In this document: piece by piece, positions 1 to 11,809 of the stretch
How positions within the stretch are numbered: position 1 is the first letter of the stretch
Layout: each line of letters starts with the position of its first letter
Assembly (NCBI GenBank): GCA_003427395.1
Contig: BFEA01000012.1
Location: forward strand, 1,629,216-1,693,215
Direction: 5' to 3'
DNA length: 64,000 nt
DNA from: Chara braunii
Taxonomy: Eukaryota; Plantae; Charophyceae
Made by a program: the position numbers and the translations under genes
Notes under the pieces: model-generated
Told to the model about the DNA's origin: nothing
Seen by the model: the letters and a program-made list of their open reading frames with translations, nothing else
Database searches by the model: none

Positions 1-547
1 TCCTGAGAGGAGCAACCCCATTTCTAAATAGAACCCATCATACTCCTCTTACCTGAATTGCTCTGAAATTTCTTCTTGTTCGAACTCTCCTTGCTTTTCT
101 CTATCAAACTCGTAATCATCCCCAATAACTATCTCATCGGCCTTTACTATTTCTCTTTCATTATTCACTTAGACTTGTAATAGCGAATTTGTCAGGTAGT
201 ACATTCTTTCCATCATGGCTACCTGTTCGTCAGTCTGTTGGACTCCTGCTTCGATCGTTCGCGGCTCATCCATTATCCTATAATTCTCTGCGAGAGCCAA
301 CTCCATCATCCATTCCGTATTTCTCTCGCCCCAAGAGTCCTCCTTCTCTAATGGTGTGAGTATCAGGGAAGGTTCTCTCATGAATTCGGGAGGCGGATGC
401 CACATCGGATTTCCTTTCCTAATTTTCTTACTCTCGACAAACATGAACCAACAGTTCACGTGAGTTCGCATGTTTTCCCCTTCGTCCAAAAACCCGTCTA
501 CTGGAGGCGTTTCTTCATTGGATTCTTCCTGATTTCCCCACTCAATT

Positions 548-2205
548 CTACTCATGCCATCCGCCCTGTTTTTGTTCCCAGGGATCCGTTCTAACTGGAA
601 GTCGAACATCCAGATATAGGTGACTCATCTGGCTATGGTTGGATCTGAGGGTGAGAAATTCTTGAGCGAGTGCACAAGTGCCGTAGGATCGATCCTCAGT
701 ACAAACCTCCTTCCAAAGAGGTAATGCATAAAGATCCTTAGGCAATGCAGAACCGTCAAGACTTCTCTTTTGAACTGCGAGTAGTTCTTTTTGTTGAGTT
801 GAGTGTTCCACTTTCAAACCTCAGCGGCCTCTCCTTTCCTTCACTGTCTGTCTGGATCAGGACGCCTCCCAGGACGGTTGGTCCGACGTCAGTTTCAACT
901 ATGAAGGGTCTTTCCATAGTCGCATCAAAGTCCGGTACCCTTAGTACCAGACCTCCCTCTCTGAACTCCTTCAATTCTTCCACCAGCTCTTCTTGATGAT
1001 TTTCCCATTCCCATTCCTGATCCTTACGGACTAGCTTCCTTAGGTGCTCAGTTTTACTAGCAAACCTTTCTATAAATCTTCTCCAGAACCCACAGGTACC
1101 AAGGAAGCTTCGAACTTCACCCACATTTCTGAAAGGAGTGGGTTATTCCAGGATTTTATTGGTCTTCTTCTTATCAGGGCGCCGACCATGCTCGTTGCAA
1201 ATGTATCCTAGAATGATTATCCTTTACGCAATGTCTCAACTTCACTCCACTGTCGGTGAGGTTGTATTCCTCTAATAGAGATAAGACTTCTCTTAATCCC
1301 TGAACATGTTCCCATACAAACTTTCTCACCCCTGGAGCCACTTCTGACTCACCCTTCTCAATCGGACCCTTAACTGCAAGATCATCTATGTATGGCTCGG
1401 TGATCTGAGAGCTGATTGGCTGCATAACCCTGATTATGCTCCGTTGCACCATGGCCACAACATTGGTCCATCCTTGCGGCGCAACATTCATATGGACCAA
1501 TTCCCTTGGCGTGTGCATCGCCGTGATGGGACGGTCTGCCGAATAGACTGGAAACTGATCATACCCGGAGTAAAGGTCGATGAGGGATACAATTGACCTT
1601 CCTGCACAAGCTACTGACAACTGGTCAACGTTGGGCAAACCCACTGTATCCCTTACGGTTACCGCGTTCAGTCATTGGAGGTCTTGCACCCATCTGAGTA
1701 CCCCATTTGGCTTTACAAAACAGAACCAGGGAGAGGCATATGGTGCACTGGAGTACCCCGCCACATCCGTGCGGATCTTTCCATCTAGGTACTCTACCAC
1801 CCTTCTGCGATCCTCGGGGTTGGGATACTTACCTCCTCGGATATTCCATGGCTCATGAGATACAGTATGAATGCGGATCATTTCTATCTTGTCCACATTC
1901 AGCCTCCCACGTTGATCATCGTTGAAGGCATATGCCCCATGTTTTACGCATATCAGTTTTTTCACCAAGTCCTCCTCTTGCCTTGTCAGAAAGCCAGGTT
2001 CCCCTATTATCAGTTCTTTCTCAGTCTCATCGTCGATACGACAAGGCCCATTCTGGATGCCTTCCCTCATTCGCTATATCATTTCCCTTTCCTGATCATA
2101 ATACACCCCTTCTTCTTGACTCACTAGAACTGGCACAGGGTGACTTTTCTTATCTACCATCTTGTACCTCCTTTTGGAGCCCTGCTTGAACCCACCCCTA
2201 AAAAA
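548..2205 (-). pseudogene. pol: pol: reverse transcriptase and RNase H, disrupted
   Basis: ORF pieces 1672-2070 (SAPYASPWFCFVKPNGVLRWVQDLQ), 1174-1644 (YIDD), 756-1124 (EVRSFLGTCGFWRRFI...FIVETD), 548-817 (KELL). Confidence 0.93.
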
Positions 2206-5200
2206 TGCTGACCGGCAGCTTGAGCATTCGGTGCATGTGGCACTATCATCTGAGAAGAAGGAGGTGGTCTGTAAACGAGATCGACCCTTCCCCCTTCCGG
2301 ATCGTCTTGGATCCTTTCTGCGAGTGCCCTGACTGCGTCAGGATCAGCCATCCTATAGGCCGATACCAGTTCCACCGCGTCACTGATATTGATCAGGCTT
2401 AATACAAGCCTTTTGGCTTCTTCATCATCTGACTCATCCTCTCCTTCTTCCCATTCCAGTTCCCTCCTCCTATTTTTTGATTCCTCGAATGTGTAGGATC
2501 CGGCATTGAGCTTGTTCTTCGAGCCGTGTGGGCCAGTATTCCTACAGGTGATAACCTCAAAGTTCCCACAGGCAGGATCACATAGGATAACGAACATGGT
2601 CCCGTCGTGCTTGTTCATAATGAGCGCCTCGGATCTGCACAGGAACGCCCTTCCCAGTAATATTGGAAGGTCCAACCTGGGCATGACGTAGAAACACGTA
2701 TGTACCTTGACTCTTCTTATTTCTATCACTATATTTGACGCAACCCCCGTGTATCCGGTCTTGCCGCTGGCTCCATTGAGAAACCCGCAATCGTTTTCAT
2801 CTACCTCCAATCCTAGTTTTACTGTTGTTTCTCCGTTTATAATGTTTATCTCTGCCCCGGTGTCAATCATCCCACGAGACATTTTCCCCTTTACCATAAT
2901 ATCAATGGACACTGTTCCCACGAACTTCCAGTCCATTTGGCTTCCTGCCACGCTCCAGTTAGCCTCCTTGGGAATTAAATCCCTCATTCGGACCGATGCT
3001 ACTCTCCGGCGTGATAACGTAGCCTTCACCATCTCTCTTAACTTAGGAGCCGAAGCGAGGATTTCTTTCAGGTTTAGTAGTTCATTGTGCCCCTTCAATA
3101 GTTTATTCACCAGACCTTCCAGATCCACCCCTTCTTCGATCGAGGTTTGGTACTTCCTCTTCTTGCTCAGTCCCGTATCCCCTTTTGATCTTCATTTCTT
3201 AGCTTCGCCTTTCCTTCTCTTAGCCCTTATCTTCGCCTGCCTTTCTTCTTCCTCCCTAATCTTCTCATCCTCATCTTCATCATCCTCTACCGTGATAGGT
3301 GGTTCTTCTTCCGGTGGCTGGGAAGCCTGAGCTTTTTCCTTTTGAGGATTCCCTTCTGCGGGTCTTCTTGTAGCGAATGGAATCGTTCCTCTTATACTTC
3401 TCTGACTTTCACTGTTCCTTGCGGCCATATTGGCTCTCAACATTCTCGGGTTGGATTCATTTGGCCCATCTCCTGATCCCCCGCGCTCCATGGTAAATAC
3501 TCTTGGGCATCCAACCCCTTCTGCTTCTTCACATATCCCTTGAAGCCTCAGGTGTAGCCTCTGCGTTTTGTCTACCAAGTCTTCCATCCTATCGAACGTG
3601 TTTCTGACGTTTTCCCTAACGTCTTCCTCCTCCGTTTCTTCTTCTACAAGCGGCACGTCTCCTTTGTCTTCTCCAATTCCCATCCTACTCACTTTATCTT
3701 CCAAGTTAGTTATATCTTCCACCTGCACTACTGGTTCTTCCCTTTCCTGCCAAATTCGGAACATCCCTAGTGCGTTGGGACCAAGTGCGGCCACACGAAG
3801 AGCCTCTGCCCTCGTGCCACCTGGAATCTCAGGATCAATCACCCTACTATTTTGGTCGAACACCTCGCCTTCCATGTTTGATGTTATGAGCTCTTCACGC
3901 TCGTCAAGCTTTCTAACATGACATCGTTTCACCGTGTGCCCTTTGATCGTGCAGTGGGTATAGACGCATGCACTGTAATCAATCCACCCCCTGCCATATC
4001 CTTGTCTGTTCCATTGTCCATTTCCTCTACCATACCCCCTTCCATAGCTTTGGTCGTATCCACGACCATACCCTTGCCGGTATTCCTGCCCGACTGGATT
4101 TGCACCCCCTTGGGGCTGCCCCCAGTTCCTACCTCGGTTTCCATCTCCTCTGTTACCTGCTCCTCGTTCCCCTGGTCCCTGATTTCTACCACTATTCCTA
4201 CCTCTTCAATGTCCTTGTCCTTGTCTTTGTCCTTGTCCTTGAGACCTGTTTTGGTTTTGACCACCTTGGCGGCTAGATCCCGCTTGGTTCTGCCCTGTTA
4301 GTTGAAGTTGTCCCGTGTTTTGGTCTCCTCCCAAATTCTGATTCTGGGGTAACATGGGGTATGGACCCTGCGTAGGCCATGGCCCTACCGGGAAGTACCC
4401 AGGCCATGCTCCCATACGCAGACCCACGGGTCATTGACCATATTGTGCTGTGTTCGTTCACGGCTCTTGTCCATACTGGACTATCGCTTGTTGAGTTACT
4501 TGTCCTTTTCCCGACCCTTGTCCTCCGATAGGGATATTTTTAGTCTTCCTTTGACACTTGGTCAGTTTGCCCGTTCCTTCTGGTCCTCCATCTTCTGCTT
4601 CTTCTTCTCCATCTTCCTCTTCCTTCCTTCTCTTTCCTGATGGCTGTGTCACTGTTAACACTTTCGATGATGTCACTCTTTCCCAAAGCTTTTTTATCTC
4701 ATTTGCCATATTGCTCGGCACTCCTCCTAGTACACTATCCGTTCCTTGGATCGTCCCCACTGCCTTTCTTTTCTTTCGTTCGACCTTGATTTGGTGATGG
4801 AACACTTGGTCCATGTCTCCTGCCACGATGTTCCTTTTTATGGTTTCCCAGGTTGTCTTTTTCCCGGCGGCTTTCCCTCGGGTTAGTTCCATCGCCTCAT
4901 ACCCAGAGAATTTCCCCATGAATATGACGCAGTGCATCTCTTCAGACAACCCTGGGACCCTCTCGGCTGTCTTTTCGAACGTGTTGGCGAACGCCCTGAT
5001 CGTGGTGAAGTCATCTTTGTTCATGTTGTAGAGATGGTCAATTGTGAGCAGACCATCTCCCAGCTTAAACGTCTTTTGCATACCCCTTTTAAACTCAGTC
5101 CAATCATTGTTGGATTTCCTCACTACCTCTTCCACGTCAGAGGTGCATTCCCACCATACATACTCGAACAATTGGGTGAACTTCTCGGCCGGTGTCAATT

Positions 5201-5412
5201 GGTTGAAGATGTGTTCAAGCAGTTCTAAACAATGAGTGACCCTATCCCCTTTGAAAGGGAATATGTCTATCCTCGATAGGTTAGACCTCTTTATCGTTCT
5301 TTTCTCTAGTAACTTGACGATTTCTGCCGTGGTGATTGGCGGCCCTCCGTTGGCGCTGACATCGCCCATCTTTTCCCATTTTCCTTTCTTGGTTCCTGCT
5401 AGATCGTAGACC
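2154..5412 (-). pseudogene. gag: gag-protease polyprotein, disrupted
   Basis: Gag-like ORF 4458-5426, then a G/Q/R-rich linker and a degenerate zinc knuckle (THCTIKGHTVKRC, ~3920-3960). ORFs 3192-3932 and 2154-3128 share one frame separated by a single stop. Aspartic protease DTG motif present. Confidence 0.88.
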
Positions 5413-5515
5413 CTGTTAAGACACACAAAACGACAATTGATCCACCCTTTTCGTCACTATCTTGACGTATTTTTTACTCTTGTCACTTGATCTTACCCTA
5501 TATGACTTCTCATAC

Positions 5516-7708
5516 CTTTTTTTTTTTTTTCCCTCAACCGAGTATCTCTTCCAGGAGCACTCAGTCCCCGTGCCAAAAACTTCTAACCATACTAAATAAG
5601 GAAGGGATTTCATCTATAAATTCTTCAATACATGCCTCCCGGCAGAGATTGCCCCAGTAGGTCGAGAGATCTTCCAAACGGTAGATGCGTAGATACGTGT
5701 TTACCACGCATCGTACGTTATAAAAATCCCTATTCTTTAGTTTCAGTCCCATCTCTAAGTATAGACGGTAAACAACTTCCGATGTCTCAAATTCGAAGCC
5801 CATCTCTGGAGCAGATCAGACTGCGAATACTGCCCGTTCTACATTCTCAATCCCCCAAAATGCTTCATCAATTATGAAGCCCGGAAGCGTGGATTTAATG
5901 TACCTTATTAGATACACGAATTCAGCGGCCCACTTTGCTACGATTGATTTTATAACTTCTCATTCTTCTCCCCAATACATTCTCCTTCAAAATGCGTCGA
6001 GGTCCAATCCGGCTATCAATACGTACTCAGAGACGGGGCGGCTTTCCCCTATCGTAAGGTCGATCGCGTGTGCTCTCCAGAGAAGGGTCAGAAGATAAAA
6101 CGTCACTTTTACTATTGCCTGTCTTTTCCTTGGGGTCCACCCGGTTTCTATCCAAAGGAAGGCTTCTGGTCCTATCGGTATCCCACACCATGAGTCCATT
6201 TCTTCATCCAGATCTATCGTTCTCTTTAGAAGCGTCATCTTAACCCCTCCTTCCTTTGGCTCGGGCAGGTTGATCAGAAAGCTCCGATCAGCGAACCACA
6301 TTAAAGGAGCCATCCTGATATTCCTGTTACAACAGTCAAAGAAAGAACCCTTATTTTCTTAGTAACCACTAAATTTCTCATTTCTCAATAATTTTCTCTC
6401 TAAGTCTTCCCTGAGCATCCATTCTTATTTGATCTAGGATCCTCTGCTTCAGTTCCTCCTAGTAGACATACCTATCTCCCCAATCATGCTGACGTGCATA
6501 TGAGTTGACCCTTGATAGTATGTCTTGAGGATCCCTTCCTTCAATCAAGTACCCTATCTCTAGGTATATGTAGTATACCAGCAGAGGGGTAGATGCGTGA
6601 TATTCTCTATCAGGTATTGCCATTGCGGCTTCCGCAGCCCTCTCCATTCGGGTCCTCCCTCCGAAGGTTGCATCTATGATGAACATAGGAAGGGTCCCTC
6701 TTAGATATGCTGCGGGCGGAAGAAATTCACTCGCCTTCCTTACCCTCACAGTTCCTATGACCCTCTCAAATCCATTCATACTAGCATCTCTGCTATCCAT
6801 AATAGTCTCGAGAGAGACCAGTCAATACCTAGTACTAATTTTATTATGATAGCTTGCAGATTTTCTGATGAGATGTACAGAGTAACCCTCTCTACCGCAC
6901 AATTTTCGCCTCTAACCCATCCAGACTCAATCCAGATGAAAGTTTGTTCTCCTACAGAAATCCCCCAACAATACCCTGTCTCTTCATTCTCTTCGTGGCG
7001 ACTGGGAAGATTCATCATAAGGTCACGCCTCATTTGCATGGGCTCTCCGATTGTGATTTGATATCGGGCAGAACCCTTCTTCCTTTCGTCGATATACTTC
7101 ACCTATCACATAACACAAACCAGCCCACACACCTCTTTATTTAGCTAGCAAACTTTTGACCCTAGAATCCGATTTTATTCTGCCACCTTCTCCAACCCTT
7201 TTGGACCTTTATATAATTTTTTTTTATATAGCAAGTAAGATATTAACCCACAAATTTCTATTTGACTTAATATAAATAACAAGAGTGTTAGGCACACCCT
7301 CCTATCAGGACACGCAGACTGCGAAACCACAGGAGGGTCAGGTACGCGAGGTATCTCGCGGGGCCCTTGTTGGTGAGGTAGTGGAAGGACGGCCAACTGC
7401 CTCTCTTGAGACAATGGGTAAGGGCTATGATGCGGACGACTAGGCAGCTCGAAGCGTGGCGGAGATTCTTCGTAGCGCCTTGCGTACCTATATGAATAAT
7501 AAGCCATCTCATCAGAGTCTGGGGTATGCATACGCCTTTCCTCCCGATACCTCATTGCCCTCAATCCTTCGTCCTTTTCTTCTAGTCCTTCATCATCTTT
7601 TTTCCACTCCTCCCTTTTTTTGGTCAAGTCCACAGGCCTCTCAGGCGCCTTCCCCTGTCTCCCGCCCCTTCCTCTACCAGTTCCGGTTCCACGGCCCTTA
7701 GGTGCCAT
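5516..7708 (-). pseudogene. three-exon 5' extension spliced in frame to gag; unknown duplicated domain
   Basis: GT-AG introns at 7297-7103 (phase 0), 6471-6324 (phase 2) and 5515-5413 (phase 2) each join the flanking ORF-track frames. Exons 2 and 3 encode homologous sequences. Confidence 0.72.
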
Positions 7709-7921
7709 ACTCGCTAACTCTTAGTATAAGTAGGACAATTGTGCTTATGTGTATTTAGTCCCAATCTTACACCCTGATTTGGAACAACTATTCGTTACCA
7801 CTACCCAGGTTATCTTATCCTTCTAAGAGTCTTAGTTAATTACTGACTTTTTAATAATTGTCGTTCTGCCTGGATCTTGCTTTACCCGAGTTCGTTCACT
7901 AAGGACCTCGGCTTAAAACGA

Positions 7922-7941
7922 GATCCCCGACAACGGCGCCA
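7922..7941 (-). other. primer binding site complementary to the tRNA-Asp 3' end
   Basis: Minus strand TGGCGCCGTTGTCGGGGATC begins 2 nt after the LTR-terminal CA. It matches the plant tRNA-Asp 3' end (GATCCCCGGCAACGGCGCCA) with one G-U pair, the Athila-type PBS. Confidence 0.9.
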
Positions 7942-7943
7942 CC

Positions 7944-8900
7944 TGTCGCGCGTGGCGGTCCCACACCCATACGCAGAGTAGTTTTTTTTGTGTTGGACCT
8001 CACGGTCGTGTCACGCAAGAGGTTTTTTTTGTCACTTTACGCAATATTTACTCCGACAGTGCGCGCGTGCTATACCTCTCACGACTCCCTACGACAGGTT
8101 AGGGTCCCGCGAGGTACAACATACCTCCACCTGTGGGAGTTGTCACCATCCCTTAGGTGGGCGTATCCCTGCTGAGCTACTGACCCACATACGAAGGCTT
8201 TTACATGCAATCGCAGAGGTAGGGCAGCCGAGGATGTTTTCTCGATCGCTGTAGCATAGGCATACGTGCAGTAGAACGCTCTAAGACTGACCCGTATTTC
8301 GAGCCCCGAGGTGCTAACTCTCCGGACCGACTATCTAATCAGGTCGACTTCTCGGACAGTCTTCCACGCTTAGCTAACTATGACAATGACTCTATGTCCC
8401 CTTTGTTGACCTTATGGAAATGCCAGAGTCAAACTCTTAGTAATCTCTCATTCTTCAAAAGAAGTTCCATAAAAAATGACTTCCTAGGTACCGACCAGCC
8501 TACGACTTATTCACAAGTACATATAGATATATGTATGTATGTAAATCAGAGGAGCTGACTGAGCGGTGGACCTCACTTTCACGATTGTCGTGCCCCTTTG
8601 CCCGAATTTCTCAGACGATCCCAAACTCAGAAGACAGCACAAATGTCCGTCTGTTTGCTGTTTGTTTTCTATTGTCTGGCCGTCTGTCTGTCGTTTTCTG
8701 CCTCCTGTCTGTTCACATTCTCTCTTTATGTGTAGTGTAGCAAATAGCATGTGCGATACACAGGATGATCCCGTGTACGTGTGAGCAGAGTGTCATTAGG
8801 GCTGCGGCGTCATAGCCACCCGAAGTGAACTGTTATCCAGATTGCCATACTCTGAGTTTTGAGTGGGCGTGCATCGCCAGTTTACCGCGCTGTTGTCACA
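7944..8900 (-). repeat. 5' LTR of the gypsy element; outer boundary tentative
   Basis: Plus-strand TGT at 7944 abuts the PBS. A candidate other end is ...GTCACA at 8900. The second LTR is not in the window to confirm it. Confidence 0.6.
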
Positions 8901-8939
8901 TGCATGAAAGGTGTGACCGAGAGCGAATTTGTCTACACA

Positions 8940-9365
8940 ACTATAATAATAATAATGATAACAATAATAATGAACATTAGTATGGACAAAGCACAGAAAT
9001 CTGAATGCAATTCACACTGATATCCAGGCAGTTAAAGCAAGAGTAAATAGTATAATGGAACCGATAAGCCATCCATTGAGAATGATACAGAAGAATCGTG
9101 AGTCAATGTCCAAGCCCAACAGGGCAACACCAATAGCATAACCTAACATAGCTCTCTCTTCTGAGTGGCGTCAGGCGCCCTATCTACTCTACAGCCTATC
9201 ACTGCAACTACAGTATGACAGTAACTAGACAACTTGACTACCAGCGGGTGATGATGTCAACACCGATACCGACCTTTCCTCATGCACCAGGAACGTATCT
9301 CACCACCTTCACCACCTCGTTCCCCAACTCACAGTTGCCATTTGTACCCAAGAACCACAGTTTAC

Positions 9366-9419
<54 letters not shown>

Positions 9420-9816
9420 GTGCAAGAAAGATAAAACTTAACGAACTTCAGCAATCAAATAGCATCATACATATGAGTCCAGATAGTCTTGACCTCGGAC
9501 CAACAGTAGAGTTGCAGTACGAGTACCTCTCCCCTACAACAGAAACTCACAGATGACAATGCTGAAACAGTATCATCATCAGCCACGAATGAGAACCAAT
9601 GTTGATCCTTAGCCCGCATTCGGAGCCCAGACTACAGATGGCAGATCCTATCTTGTCTATCTTACAATGCTAATGATGTTGTCAACAACTTTCCCGAAGT
9701 CTGAGCATATCTCGGACCATGCCCTCGCGTCAAGCACCAGGTACATCTGTAGCATCACTCACAACCTCGATCCCAACACACAGTATGCCACGTGTACCCA
9801 ATCAATTACGCATATG

Positions 9817-9876
<60 letters not shown>

Positions 9877-10320
9877 GTAATAAGGAAACTAAGCGAGGGT
9901 GAAAACAACATCGTTTACAGTGACCAGTTAGTCGTGACCTCGAATCTACAGCATAATAGCATTGCAATTCACCAATTAAGATAACAACAAAACCTCACAG
10001 TTCACAACGTTGGTACAGTCTCATCATCATCAATGTAGAACCATTGTCGAAGTCCTATCTGGCGCTCAGCGCTCAGACTACTGATGGCGGGGCCTATCTA
10101 GCCTACATCTACAATGTCGAAGGACGTTGACAACAACTCCTCTGAGTACGAGTAGAGAGCGGCCAATGCTGCACGTTTCCTCACAACAGGTATGTCTCTC
10201 CCATCACCTACAACCTTCGATCCCATCATACAGATGCTACATGCACCCACCCTACTGTGTATCCAAAATAATAACAATAATAATAATGATGATAATAAAA
10301 ATAATAATAATAATAATATA
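8940..10320. repeat. three diverged ~450-bp tandem units separated by (AAT)n tracts
   Basis: Homologous motifs GCACCAGG/ACAACAGG at 9284, 9734 and 10183. Each unit ends near TGTAYCCAA followed by (AAT)n (~9367-9418, ~9816-9880, ~10267-10318). Confidence 0.8.
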
Positions 10321-10890
10321 AGACAAATAGAATGTATATCAACTGTCTTTCCGGTCCGGTACAGTAAAATGAAGTTACGTTGCATTCAGGGGAACCAGTC
10401 GCCCGATAGTAGCGACTGAGATCAACGTTGACCCGATAAGTCGCTCTTCTTTTCTCTCTCCCTCTTCTCGATCTCTCCTCACCTTTTCAATCTCTCTCTC
10501 CTTCTCAATCTCTCCTCTCCTTTTCAATCTCTCTCTCTTTTAAATACCCTTTCACCTGTAGGCATTGCCTGAGTTCTCTCTCTCTTTTCGGCCCTCTCTC
10601 TCCTCTCACCTTCTCCTTCTCTCTTCTCTTTCCCCTTTCTTCTTCTTCTCCCTCACTCTTCTCTCATTCGTGCCTCCGCCTATGCGAGAATGCTCATTGC
10701 ACTCACGCTAGTCCAGTCACTCCCGACCAAATCATATTGTGAACAGCTAGGCAACGACATAATCGGGCGCAGTCACATAGCCCAATCACACCGGAATGTC
10801 ACGACTGGCTGCAACGCTCCTCTCCCTCTCTCCTGGGTCGAATCATGGATGTCTCACACATACACATTCCATCGTTAAGACGAGCAACTN

Positions 10891-11732
10891 GGAACGAATC
10901 TTCTNCTGAAACGGGGAAGTATACACTGTCACCCTTTTTTATTAGCTCGTCCTATCGATTCAAGTAGCGTGCGGCGAGCCGCGGGTCTGGAGACTTGGCT
11001 GTTGACGATCCCTGTCTTTCTGTTTCCCACCTAGATGGCGATGTGACCCAAGGACCCACAATGCGATGGACAAGACTGAATATACAAACAGGTGCGAACA
11101 AGATTATGATAAGCTCTGCGCATTCTCATGCGTGCATAGCGAAACTGAATAGCGTAGGGGAGACTTAAATACTAATCCTAACCTTAAACGAGACCGACCC
11201 TTTATTGCGTAGTTCAAGATAGCGTAGCAGAATGCTAGATTACCGATGATTAGCCCAATAGACGCTTCAACGCAGACCAAACACACATCATGCTCATTCT
11301 CAAAGTGTGGAGGAGCCCGGCGTTGTACACATAGAGGAAGCACCGGGTTCCGACATACATAGATGAGGAAGAGGGATTAGACGAAGAAGAGGGGAAGATG
11401 GAATGTCTTCAACCCCAAGTCTGCGATACCGGCCCCAATAATCCCTCTTCCAATACGTCCGAAGTCCAATATCGAGCCCGGACCAAACGTCGTCAAGTCT
11501 CAAGTCACAACTATCTCTCCTACCATCGTAGTCTACTGATTCTGAGGAGTCAGGCGATGAGAGGGCGAGAAGAAGAGATGGCGGACTAAGAAGAGGAAAA
11601 AGAAGAACTACCTCTTACTGGTACGAGTCAGGTACTTACCTGGCTTAGTTGGCGATTGCTGAAGGTACCTCGAAGACGAAGCTGAAGCAACGGTGCTATG
11701 GGTAAGTACTTCTATCCTCCGCCCAAACTCTC

Positions 11733-11809
<77 letters not shown>

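Larger units (their letters stand above)
1..8900 (-). mobile_element. Ty3/gypsy LTR retrotransposon, degenerate; integrase and 3' LTR lie left of the window
   Basis: Minus-strand order LTR > PBS > extra exons > gag > protease (MIDTGAEINII) > RT (SLIDLYSGYDQF, PQGWTN, YIDD) > RNase H (ETDVGP). PR-RT-RH order is the gypsy type. Several stops and frameshifts are present. Confidence 0.95.

Noticed and set aside
2707-5235. Plus-strand ORFs opposite gag-pol, and antisense ORFs across the hAT
   Set aside because: Shadow frames of purine-biased or GC-rich coding sequence with no motifs.
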